Shown: positions 9,211-17,221 of the stretch, piece by piece
Layout of the letters: each line of letters opens with the position of its first letter
Numbering within the stretch: position 1 is the first letter of the stretch
Assembly (NCBI GenBank): GCA_040756875.1
Contig: JBFLYH010000002.1
Span: 1,055,078-1,119,077 of the forward strand
DNA: 64,000 nt
Reading direction: 5' to 3'
DNA from: a candidate division FCPU426 bacterium
Lineage (GTDB): Bacteria; Oederibacteriota; JAAXVQ01; JAUVAV01
Made by a program: the position numbers and the translations under genes
Notes under the pieces: model-generated
Told to the model about the DNA's origin: nothing
Databases searched by the model: none
The model's input: the letters and a program-made list of their open reading frames with translations, nothing else

Positions 9211-9913
9211 ACCCCAGCCGCTGCCGCGGCTGGATATTTCTGCGTTTTTCCCGGCCTACAACGAGGCCGACAATCTCGAGGCGCTGACCCGCCGCACGGC
9301 CGAAACCCTGGCCCGGGTCGCCGGCCGCTGGGAAATCATCATCGTGGACGACGGTTCCCGCGACCACACGCCCGAAGTGGCGCGCAAGCTCGCCGCGGAG
9401 ATTCCCCAGGTCCGCTACCTGCGCCACGAGCGCAACCAGGGCTACGGCGGCGCGGTGAAAACCGGCCTGCGGGAAGCGAAACTCGAGTGGATTTTTTTCA
9501 CGGACGGCGACGGCCAGTTCGACACGCGGGAACTGGAGCGGCTGCTTCCGGCCGCGGCGGCGGCGGATTTCGTGGCCGGATACCGCCTGAAGCGCCGCGA
9601 CCCGTTCATGCGCCTGCTCAACGCCTGGGCCTGGGGCACCATGGTGCGCACGCTGTTCGGCCTTTCCGTCCGCGACATCGACTGCGCCTTCAAACTCTTC
9701 CGGCGGCGCGTGGTGGACCAGGTGGAGTTCAAGGCCAGCGGCGCCATGATTTCCACGGAACTCCTGGCGCGCGCGAAAAAGGCCGGTTACCGCTTCGCCC
9801 AGGTGGGGGTCAACCATTACCCGCGCACGGCCGGCACCCAGACCGGAGCCAAGCTCTCGGTCATCGCCCGCGCCTTCCGCGAACTGTTCAAGCTGTACCG
9901 CGAACTGAAATGA
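9191..9913 (+). CDS. GT2 glycosyltransferase (DPM1-like)
   Basis: FFPAYNE, VDDGSRD, NQGYGGA, FTDGDGQF and DIDCAFKL motifs. Confidence 0.9.
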   Translation: MSKADAKPQPLPRLDISAFFPAYNEADNLEALTRRTAETLARVAGRWEIIIVDDGSRDHTPEVARKLAAEIPQVRYLRHERNQGYGGAVKTGLREAKLEWIFFTDGDGQFDTRELERLLPAAAAADFVAGYRLKRRDPFMRLLNAWAWGTMVRTLFGLSVRDIDCAFKLFRRRVVDQVEFKASGAMISTELLARAKKAGYRFAQVGVNHYPRTAGTQTGAKLSVIARAFRELFKLYRELK

Positions 9914-9932
9914 CCGGAGCCTAGGAGCTGCC

Positions 9933-10658
9933 ATGGTCCGCTCCATTTCGAAAAACCGTCTGGTCCGCAATATTTTCACCAAACTTGCGGACGCTTACGA
10001 CCAGGTGGAGCCTGCCCTGACCTTCGGCCGGGGGGATGCCTGGCGGTTGCGTGCGGTCCAGCAGGCGCGTTTGACCAAACCGCACCGCATTCTCGACGCC
10101 TGCTCGGGCATTGGCCACATGTCGCGGCAGCTGGCCAACAGCTTCGGGCCCCAGACCCATATCGTGGCCGTTGATTTCTGCCCGGCCATGGTGGCCGTGG
10201 CCAAGCAGAAACTCCGCGTCCACCATCTGCACCGCCGCGTGGAATTCAAGACCGAAAATGTCGAGATCATGCCATTTCCCGACGAATTTTTCGACGCGGT
10301 GTTCCTCAGCTTCGGCTTGCGGTTCGTGTCCGACATCCGGACCGTGCTGCGGGAGTGCCAGCGGGTCTTGCGGCGCGGCCGCCCGCTCGTGGTCCTGGAA
10401 TTGGCGGCCCCGCGCCAGCCGCTTAGGTTGCCGATCCAGATCTACCGCGAGTTCCTTTTCCCGTTTGTGGGACAGTGGCAAACCAAGCTGTCGAGGGTCC
10501 TGCTCCATCCGTTGCACGATTCCCTGCGGCATTTCCCGGACGCGGACAAGCTGAGCCGGATGCTGATCAGGGCCGGCTTCGACGAGGTTGAATATCAACG
10601 CCTGGGCGGCGGCGTGGCCACGCTGCATCGCGCCGTCAAACCCGGCGAAGCGGAATGA
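9933..10658 (+). CDS. UbiE/MenG-family methyltransferase (divergent)
   Basis: F..LA..YD...LTFG...WR, LDACSGIG, VDFCPAM, PFPDEFFD, FGLR and RVLRRG motifs. Confidence 0.75.
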   Translation: MVRSISKNRLVRNIFTKLADAYDQVEPALTFGRGDAWRLRAVQQARLTKPHRILDACSGIGHMSRQLANSFGPQTHIVAVDFCPAMVAVAKQKLRVHHLHRRVEFKTENVEIMPFPDEFFDAVFLSFGLRFVSDIRTVLRECQRVLRRGRPLVVLELAAPRQPLRLPIQIYREFLFPFVGQWQTKLSRVLLHPLHDSLRHFPDADKLSRMLIRAGFDEVEYQRLGGGVATLHRAVKPGEAE

Positions 10659-10736
10659 TCAGCGCCGCAGAAAAAGACGCATGAAAATCCGCCCAAGGCG
10701 GTCTAAATAACAAACCCCTGTTCATGGAGGATAATC

Positions 10737-11675
10737 ATGTTGAAAAGAACAAGCATCGCCTTATGTCTGGCCCTGCTCGCGGCAAACGCCGCGCAGGCGG
10801 ACGGCAACAACTACGGATCAGCGGCGTATTGGACGCAGGGCGCCGGCAGCCGGGCCGCGGGCATGGGCGGCGCCTTCGTGGCGCTGGCCGACGACGCCAC
10901 AGCCGGGTATTGGAACCCGGCCGGCCTGGGGCAGATGGACCTCTATCTCTACCAGGCGGCGCTGCAGTACGTCTTTCTGCAGGATCAAATGAGTTCCAGT
11001 TATCTCTCCTATTCCTTCCAGTTGCCGGAAATCGGGGCTTTCTCGCTTTCCTGGATTAATTTTTCCATCAGCGGGCTGGAAGGCCGCGACGACCTGGGTG
11101 CTGTCACCGAGACGTTCGGCAGCAGCGAGAACACCATTTGGGCGAGTTATGGCCGCAAAGTGTATGAGTGGGTGAAGGGGCTGTCCCTGGGCGCCAGCCT
11201 CAAGTTTTTACACCACGGCATCGGCGAATTCCAGGCCGTGGGGCACGGCTTGGACGTGGGGGCGTTGTGGCAGCCGTTTCTGCAATGGGACCACACGGTG
11301 GGTCTGAACGTGCAAAACCTGTTTCAGCGAGTATATTGGCAGACCGGCGAAAACACCCTGGATCCCTCGCTGGTAAACGCCAAACTGGGCGTCGCCTTGA
11401 AATTTTTCCCCTCCCAGGAGGAAGTGTATTTCAACCACCTGATCACGGCCGTGGATCTGGAATTCGGCGAGTATTACCGTTTTGCCTACCGCCTGGGAGC
11501 CGAATATTGGTACCAGGCCAGCCTGGGATTGAGGGCCGGGTTCTCGGGCCAGGAAGTCACTTTTGGCGCTTCCTACCGGCCCGAATACTATGAGGTGGAT
11601 TACGCATTTCTCTACGATCTCTCCGAACTGGGCCGTCACCAGCACCGCGTCACGCTCTTACTGCGGTTTAAATAG
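10737..11675 (+). CDS. PorV/PorQ-family (UPF0164-like) outer-membrane beta-barrel protein
   Basis: Signal peptide, then GSRAAGMGGAFVALADDATAGYWNPAGL; alternating beta strands; ends HRVTLLLRFK; GGAGG RBS. Confidence 0.8.
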   Translation: MLKRTSIALCLALLAANAAQADGNNYGSAAYWTQGAGSRAAGMGGAFVALADDATAGYWNPAGLGQMDLYLYQAALQYVFLQDQMSSSYLSYSFQLPEIGAFSLSWINFSISGLEGRDDLGAVTETFGSSENTIWASYGRKVYEWVKGLSLGASLKFLHHGIGEFQAVGHGLDVGALWQPFLQWDHTVGLNVQNLFQRVYWQTGENTLDPSLVNAKLGVALKFFPSQEEVYFNHLITAVDLEFGEYYRFAYRLGAEYWYQASLGLRAGFSGQEVTFGASYRPEYYEVDYAFLYDLSELGRHQHRVTLLLRFK

Positions 11676-11712
11676 GGTTTTTCCGGGTTCGGACGCCTTT
11701 GGCCTATTGACC

Positions 11713-11741
11713 TTGAGCCAGCCTGTAAAATAAGCTATACT
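11713..11741 (+). promoter_or_regulatory. Sigma70-type promoter
   Basis: TTGAGC-N17-TATACT, 29 nt before the ATG at 11771. Confidence 0.55.
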
Positions 11742-11770
11742 GAAAGTATTCAACCGAAGAGGGGCTGGGT

Positions 11771-12790
11771 ATGTCTTCAAGGCGTTGCCGATACATCCTC
11801 GCGGGATTGCTGGCCGGCTGGTTTTGTGCCGGCGGAGCGCAGGCCGAAGAGCTGATCCTGAACGGCCAGTTTGAAATCACGAGCGGCGGCGGCATACCGA
11901 ACTGGGTGACCGGCGCGAGTCCGGCTGCTTTTTATCCCACCCAACATTTGGGCGTCATTCACCACACCGGAGTCACGAACACCGCCGTGGTGGCGCCGGG
12001 CAACAGCCTGGGCGGCTACACCAATTCCTACATTTCCCAATACGTGGCCGTGCCGAGGGATGCCCTGGGCGCGACTATAACCGCTTATTACCAGTGGTTT
12101 GTGACCTATATTTTCGGGACCCAGCTCTATGCCGACGCCACCTTTGGCGGCGTCCAGCTTTTGCGGGAGCAGGGCAACGGGTTTCTGGTCCAGCCCACGC
12201 CCACGCCCGGATGGACGCGGATCGACAAATACATCAATTTGAGCACCTATGGCGGCCAGAACGTCCAACTGGTTTTTCGCGCCTATGACGACGGCATTTC
12301 GGACGCCAATTTCATCCGCGTGGACGATGTGACCTTGGACGTGATCACTGCCACGAGGACCAACACCCCCACCATCACGCCTACCCCGACCATTACGCCG
12401 ACCTATACCATCAGCCCCACCTGGAGCGCGACGTCGACGATGACGCCGACCTATACCATCACCCCGACCATTTCTCCCACCTCCACCATCACGCCCTATG
12501 CCGTGCCCGGCGGGGATGCGGTGGCTTTTCCCAACCCCGCGGCCGGAAACAGCGTAACCTTTATGTATTCACTCGGCGAACCTTCGGACATCAGCGTGGA
12601 TGTCTACAATCTGCTGGGCTTGAAGGCGGCCCACCTGGAAGACAAGAATCAACCGGGGCTCATCAACCGGAAAACCACCTGGGACATCAGCCGGGTGGCT
12701 CCGGGTGTCTACCTTTACCAGGTGACGGCCAGGACCCAGAGCGGGCAAGTGACCAAGACCAAGTTCAAGCGCCTGGTCATCACCAAGTGA
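11771..12790 (+). CDS. Secreted protein with beta-sandwich domain, Thr/Pro linker and T9SS type-A-like C-terminal sorting domain
   Basis: Signal peptide, LILNGQFE...VDDV domain, TPT repeats (12353-12496), then AFPNP...VYNLLG...WD...PGVYLYQV...KRLVITK. Confidence 0.78.
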   Translation: MSSRRCRYILAGLLAGWFCAGGAQAEELILNGQFEITSGGGIPNWVTGASPAAFYPTQHLGVIHHTGVTNTAVVAPGNSLGGYTNSYISQYVAVPRDALGATITAYYQWFVTYIFGTQLYADATFGGVQLLREQGNGFLVQPTPTPGWTRIDKYINLSTYGGQNVQLVFRAYDDGISDANFIRVDDVTLDVITATRTNTPTITPTPTITPTYTISPTWSATSTMTPTYTITPTISPTSTITPYAVPGGDAVAFPNPAAGNSVTFMYSLGEPSDISVDVYNLLGLKAAHLEDKNQPGLINRKTTWDISRVAPGVYLYQVTARTQSGQVTKTKFKRLVITK

Positions 12791-12812
12791 TTCCGCGACC
12801 GACGGGAAGCCT

Positions 12813-14630
12813 ATGCGCAAACCATTTTGCCTGCTGACCATTCTGTGCCTCTGTCCCGGCCTGCTGGGTGCTGCTGAAACGGAGCAAACCTATCCTTACA
12901 GCCGTTTGGCTTTGCCGGAGCTTCAATTGGGGGTAGGCGCGCGGTCCACGGCCATGGGTGGCGCCCAGGCTGCGCTCGTTTCCGGCGTATCCAGCCTCTA
13001 CGGCAACCCGGCCGGGCTGGGGTATTTGACCGTTCCTGAAGCCGAATTCATCCATCATACCTGGATACAGGACATCAATCAGGAAACGCTGCTTTTCGGC
13101 CTGCCCATCGTCAAACAGCTAAGCCTGGCAGCCGGGCTCAGCTATCTGGGGCTGGGCACGCTCGAACCCACCGGTATCACGTCGGACGGCGAGTTGGTCC
13201 TCAAAGACGGGAAAATCAATCTGAGCATGATCGGCGTGAGCTTGGGACAGGGCTGGCGGATCACTCCCCAGCTCTCCGCGGGCGCCGCGTTGCGGTTCTA
13301 TTTGCAGGAGTTGGGGGACGCCCAGCCTATGACGGTTTTGGCGGACCTGGGCGGACTCTACGCCTTGTCGCCGGAACTCATGTTGGGGCTCTCGGTTTCC
13401 CAATTGGGCCTGGGAGTGGGTGGGTATTCCCTGCCCATGGCCATGCGCGTAGGCGGGGCATACAATTGGGCTTTGCAGCGCGACCACCTGCTTCGGCCGG
13501 TTTTGGACGTAGAGTTGCTGCTGGCCGCGCCGGAAGCATCGTGGATTCACGCCGGCGTGGAGTATCAGCTCTACGAAGTGCTGTTGATCCGCTTGGGGTA
13601 TCAATTCACCGCTGCGCCCGGGCCGTCCGGGCTGACCGGATTGACCGCCGGCCTGGGGCTGAATCTGAGCCAGTGGACCCTGGGGTACACCGCCTCGCCG
13701 CAGGGCGACCTGGGGTTGTCCCACCGCCTGTCCATCGGGCTCAAATTCGGGAACTTTTCTACTCCGCAGGGAAAGTCCAAAACCAAAGCGCGGAAACAAG
13801 ATGCATCCGAGCGGGCCCCCAATCTGCCCAATCTTGAATACCCGGCCATTCCCTCCTTCACGCCCCGCCAAGGGTCCTCGCTGACGCAGGAGGAAGCGGC
13901 CATGCGGTCGCTGTTGAAAGAGAACCTGCGCGTTGACACCAAGGTCGCCCGGGTGCCCGGCGGGACGGCGGCCCAGCGGGAAGTCGTCTTCCTGGTGCGC
14001 CGGATGTCCGGTCCCCGCATCGTTAAGTGGAAGCTGGAGCTGTCGGACCCGAGTGGAAAGCCGCTGCACAGCCTGACTGGGGAAGGAATGCCGGACAAAA
14101 TCCAGTGGGATGGCAAGAACGCGAAAGGCCAAGCCGTCGAAGATCTCACCGGGGTGCGTTACGAATTGACCTTGACGGACGTGAACAACCAGAGTGAATC
14201 GCAAAGCGGGCGCATCGGCGTGAGTTCCGAAGGCACGCTGCCGGCCGCCAAGGGCGCGGAGCAAAAAGGCGGCGACTTCGTGGACAGCCGCGAATTCGGG
14301 CCGATCTTGTTCGAACGGGGCCGGTCGGAAATTTCCGGCTCCGCGGCCAAACTGATCGCCGAGGCGGCGAAATTCATCCGGGACCACCCCAACAGCAAGG
14401 TCTTTATCGCGGGCTACGCGGACGCCATGGAAGAAGGGCAGCAGAAACTGTTTCTATCCAAAAGCCGGGCTGAAGCCGTGGCGCGTTATTTGACCGCCTA
14501 TCATAAAGTACCCATTTCCAGGATACTGGTCCGCGGCCGGGGCGACAAAGAGCCCGCGGGCAACACCCTCGATCCGGATGAGCGTTACCGCAACCGGCGG
14601 GTGGTGATCACGGTGAAGGGGAGACAGTAG
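12813..14630 (+). CDS. PorV-like beta-barrel fused to an Ig-like segment and a C-terminal OmpA-family peptidoglycan-binding domain
   Basis: GARSTAMGGAQ...YGNPAGL at the N-terminus; barrel ends SHRLSIGLKF; W.L...G...WDGKN.KG segment; C-terminal ILFERG, IAGYAD, LSKSRAEAV and NRRV. Confidence 0.78.
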   Translation: MRKPFCLLTILCLCPGLLGAAETEQTYPYSRLALPELQLGVGARSTAMGGAQAALVSGVSSLYGNPAGLGYLTVPEAEFIHHTWIQDINQETLLFGLPIVKQLSLAAGLSYLGLGTLEPTGITSDGELVLKDGKINLSMIGVSLGQGWRITPQLSAGAALRFYLQELGDAQPMTVLADLGGLYALSPELMLGLSVSQLGLGVGGYSLPMAMRVGGAYNWALQRDHLLRPVLDVELLLAAPEASWIHAGVEYQLYEVLLIRLGYQFTAAPGPSGLTGLTAGLGLNLSQWTLGYTASPQGDLGLSHRLSIGLKFGNFSTPQGKSKTKARKQDASERAPNLPNLEYPAIPSFTPRQGSSLTQEEAAMRSLLKENLRVDTKVARVPGGTAAQREVVFLVRRMSGPRIVKWKLELSDPSGKPLHSLTGEGMPDKIQWDGKNAKGQAVEDLTGVRYELTLTDVNNQSESQSGRIGVSSEGTLPAAKGAEQKGGDFVDSREFGPILFERGRSEISGSAAKLIAEAAKFIRDHPNSKVFIAGYADAMEEGQQKLFLSKSRAEAVARYLTAYHKVPISRILVRGRGDKEPAGNTLDPDERYRNRRVVITVKGRQ

Positions 14631-15987
14631 CCGGCTGAGGAGGTTGTTCGTCCGCCGGCTGCTCCTGTGGCGGGACCGTCAGGAACACGCGTTTGGCGAA
14701 ATAAGAAGCCGAAGAATAGGTGGCCTCTGCGATCAATTCGAGGCGGGCGCCGCGCGCAGCTTCCGGTAGGCGCCAGGGAATGAGGTGGGCTCCCGAGTCG
14801 AGCCATTGCTTCCGGCACAGCTCGACGGTTTTCGGCGAGCGGTCCGGCTGGGCGATCACGGTCATCCAGGCCGGCTCAGTCAGCCAAAACGTTACTTCCA
14901 GCAACCCCGGAACCGCCGGATGGCGGGTGGCCCGGGCCTGCTGAATGTCCGCGCCGATCCAGAAATAATGCGCACCCCCGGCCTCGGCGACGAACACCTG
15001 GCCGAAGTGGCGGTGAATGGCGATTCCCGTCGGGTGGATGAAGCGGCCGTCGCCCTGGCCAGGTTCTCCGAAGGCGGCCAAATAACGTAAATGACGGTCA
15101 AATTTGTGAAGCCGGGAAAGAGCCGGATCAGTGACCCAAAGGTTTTCGTAAAAATCAAGGTCCATCCAGGCCAGGGAGTGCGGGCGGTTTTCCGGCGGCA
15201 TCTGGTCAAGGGTCAGCGAACGCTGTACGTGGCCGCGGGGATCCAGGCGCAACAGGCGCGTTCCCTCCCGGTCGCAGACGAAAATATAATCGTCATGGTA
15301 AAAGGACCAGGTCTCGCGGCTGTCCGCCACGGCGATGGCCGTAGGTCCTTGCAGGCGTTCCCCGGCCGGAAGCTGGGGCCCCAGGGTTTCAAGCCAGCGC
15401 CCCTCCGGATCGTAGATCACGATCCGGTCCAGGCCCCGGTCGGTCGCGTACAGGCGGTTTTGCGAATCGAGCGCCAGCCCCCACGGCTGGTTCCAGCCGT
15501 CCGGAGGAGCCTCCAGCTGGCCGGCCGGCTCCAGCCGACGGTCTTTGGGCGTGAAAATGAAGATCTGCCGCCGGGCCGGGTCCGCAACGAACAGCGTTCC
15601 ATCCGCGCGCAAGGCGACGCCGGTGGGGGCGCCGGGCGGCTGACTGCCGCCGATGACTTCCAGATGGAACAGGTCGGGATTGTATATCAGGTTGCCGCGG
15701 CCGGTGTTGGCGCCCGCGATGGTCAACAGGAATTCCGGCCCGGCTTCCTGGTCCGAACCGCGCGTAAGCAGCAGTTGGCAGGCCAAATCCTCGGGATGAT
15801 CAAGAACGGTCCGCTGGCCGATGAACAAGGCGAGAAGTTCGGGCGTGCCGCGGTGAATGCCGAAAGGCGTGTGCCAAAAGGGCGGATAGACCAGGGTGGT
15901 GGGCTTGGATTCGATGAGTTCGGGTTCCGCCCAGGCCGGGGTGAGGCAGAGGCAGCAGCACAGGGCTGACCAGGCAAGGAGACGCAT
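14608..15987 (-). CDS. Secreted NHL-repeat (beta-propeller) protein
   Basis: Signal peptide; PTGVAL..DG.LFVAD, PWGLALDSQNRLYATD, PTAIAV and G.G.GRF..PTGIAI repeats. Confidence 0.8.
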   Translation of the reverse strand: MRLLAWSALCCCLCLTPAWAEPELIESKPTTLVYPPFWHTPFGIHRGTPELLALFIGQRTVLDHPEDLACQLLLTRGSDQEAGPEFLLTIAGANTGRGNLIYNPDLFHLEVIGGSQPPGAPTGVALRADGTLFVADPARRQIFIFTPKDRRLEPAGQLEAPPDGWNQPWGLALDSQNRLYATDRGLDRIVIYDPEGRWLETLGPQLPAGERLQGPTAIAVADSRETWSFYHDDYIFVCDREGTRLLRLDPRGHVQRSLTLDQMPPENRPHSLAWMDLDFYENLWVTDPALSRLHKFDRHLRYLAAFGEPGQGDGRFIHPTGIAIHRHFGQVFVAEAGGAHYFWIGADIQQARATRHPAVPGLLEVTFWLTEPAWMTVIAQPDRSPKTVELCRKQWLDSGAHLIPWRLPEAARGARLELIAEATYSSASYFAKRVFLTVPPQEQPADEQPPQPATVSPSP

Positions 15988-16058
15988 GGTTCTGTGGTAA
16001 CATGCGGGGCTGCGGCTGTCAATCCCTTGACTGGATATGCAAAGGGGTGCAAAAGACG

Positions 16059-16865
16059 ATGCTCAGACAACCCGCGGTAGCGGGAATGTTTTATGAGCAA
16101 AACCCGGAAATGCTGCGCGACAATTTGGCGGAGCTGTGGCCCTCCCCCCGGCCGGAGACGGTCGCGGCCATTGGGGCCATGACGCCCCATGCCGGCTACA
16201 TGTATTCAGGCCGCACGGCGGCCAAGGTGTATGCGCGGCTGAATCCGGCCGAGGTGGTGATCCTGCTGGGGCCCAACCATACCGGCCGGGGCTGGCCGAT
16301 GGCCGTGTCCCACGCCGAAGCCTGGGCCACGCCGCTCGGCCGGGTGCCGGTGGACCGCGACCTGACCGGTGGCTTGTTGCGCGAATGCCGTCTGGTGAAG
16401 GCCGATGATGCGGCGCACGAACGCGAACATGCGTTGGAAGTCCAGCTGCCGTTTCTGCAACAAGCGTTTGGACGTTTCTCGATTGTGGCCGTGGCTCTCG
16501 GCACCGATGAATTTGCTCCACTCCAGGAATTGGGGCTGGTTTTGGCGCAACTGATCCGGTCGGACGCCAGACGCTGTCTGCTGCTGGCGTCGTCGGACAT
16601 GAATCATTTTGCCACTCTGACGCGGACCAAGGACCTGGACCACAAGGCGCTGCAGCAGGTGCTGAGCCGCAATCCGCAGGGGCTGCTGGAAACCGTGGCC
16701 CGGGAGCGGATTTCGATGTGCGGTGCGATTGCCGCTGCGGTGATGCTGGTCGCCGCCGCGGAACTGGGGGCGGACAAGGCCGAACTGGTGGATTACACCA
16801 CCTCGGCGGAAACGTCGGGGGACGCGCACAGAGTGGTCGGCTATGCCGGCGTCATCGTGCGTTAG
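16059..16865 (+). CDS. amrB: AmmeMemoRadiSam system protein B (MEMO1 family)
   Basis: MLRQPAVAGMFY, PHAGYMYSG, LGPNHTG, EHALEVQLPFLQ, SSDMNH, SMCG and VVGYA motifs. Confidence 0.92.
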   Translation: MLRQPAVAGMFYEQNPEMLRDNLAELWPSPRPETVAAIGAMTPHAGYMYSGRTAAKVYARLNPAEVVILLGPNHTGRGWPMAVSHAEAWATPLGRVPVDRDLTGGLLRECRLVKADDAAHEREHALEVQLPFLQQAFGRFSIVAVALGTDEFAPLQELGLVLAQLIRSDARRCLLLASSDMNHFATLTRTKDLDHKALQQVLSRNPQGLLETVARERISMCGAIAAAVMLVAAAELGADKAELVDYTTSAETSGDAHRVVGYAGVIVR

Positions 16866-16882
16866 GAGGGAAGGAGGCGCCA

Positions 16883-17221
16883 ATGGAGTTGTGCGTGCTA
16901 TTCATCACGGTTCCGAATGCCGAGGTCGGGGAGCGCGTGGCCCGCGCCCTGGTTGAGGAGCGGCTGGCCGCCTGCGTGAACCGCGTTCCCGGCCTGACCT
17001 CGATCTACCGCTGGCAGGGCAAAATCGAATGCGATCCCGAGGAGTTGCTGGTGGTGAAGACCCGCCAGTCCTTGGTGCCGGAGCTGGCGGCGCGCGTGCA
17101 GGCATTGCATCCCTACCAAGTACCCGAAGTCATCGCCCTGCCGATCGTGGCCGGCCTCCCTTCCTACCTGGACTGGGTCGCCGCTGAAACCCGCGACGGC
17201 AGCCAGAGGCCATCCGCGTGA
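16883..17221 (+). CDS. cutA: Divalent-cation tolerance protein CutA
   Basis: LVEERLAACVN, SIYRWQG, HPYQVPEVI and YLDW motifs; AGGAGG RBS before 16883. Confidence 0.93.
   Translation: MELCVLFITVPNAEVGERVARALVEERLAACVNRVPGLTSIYRWQGKIECDPEELLVVKTRQSLVPELAARVQALHPYQVPEVIALPIVAGLPSYLDWVAAETRDGSQRPSA

Noticed and set aside
815-16882. Longer track starts at 815, 1834, 5316, 16002 and 16718
   Set aside because: They overlap upstream genes or lack an RBS; family N-termini and coupling support 956, 1954, 5334, 16059 and 16883.
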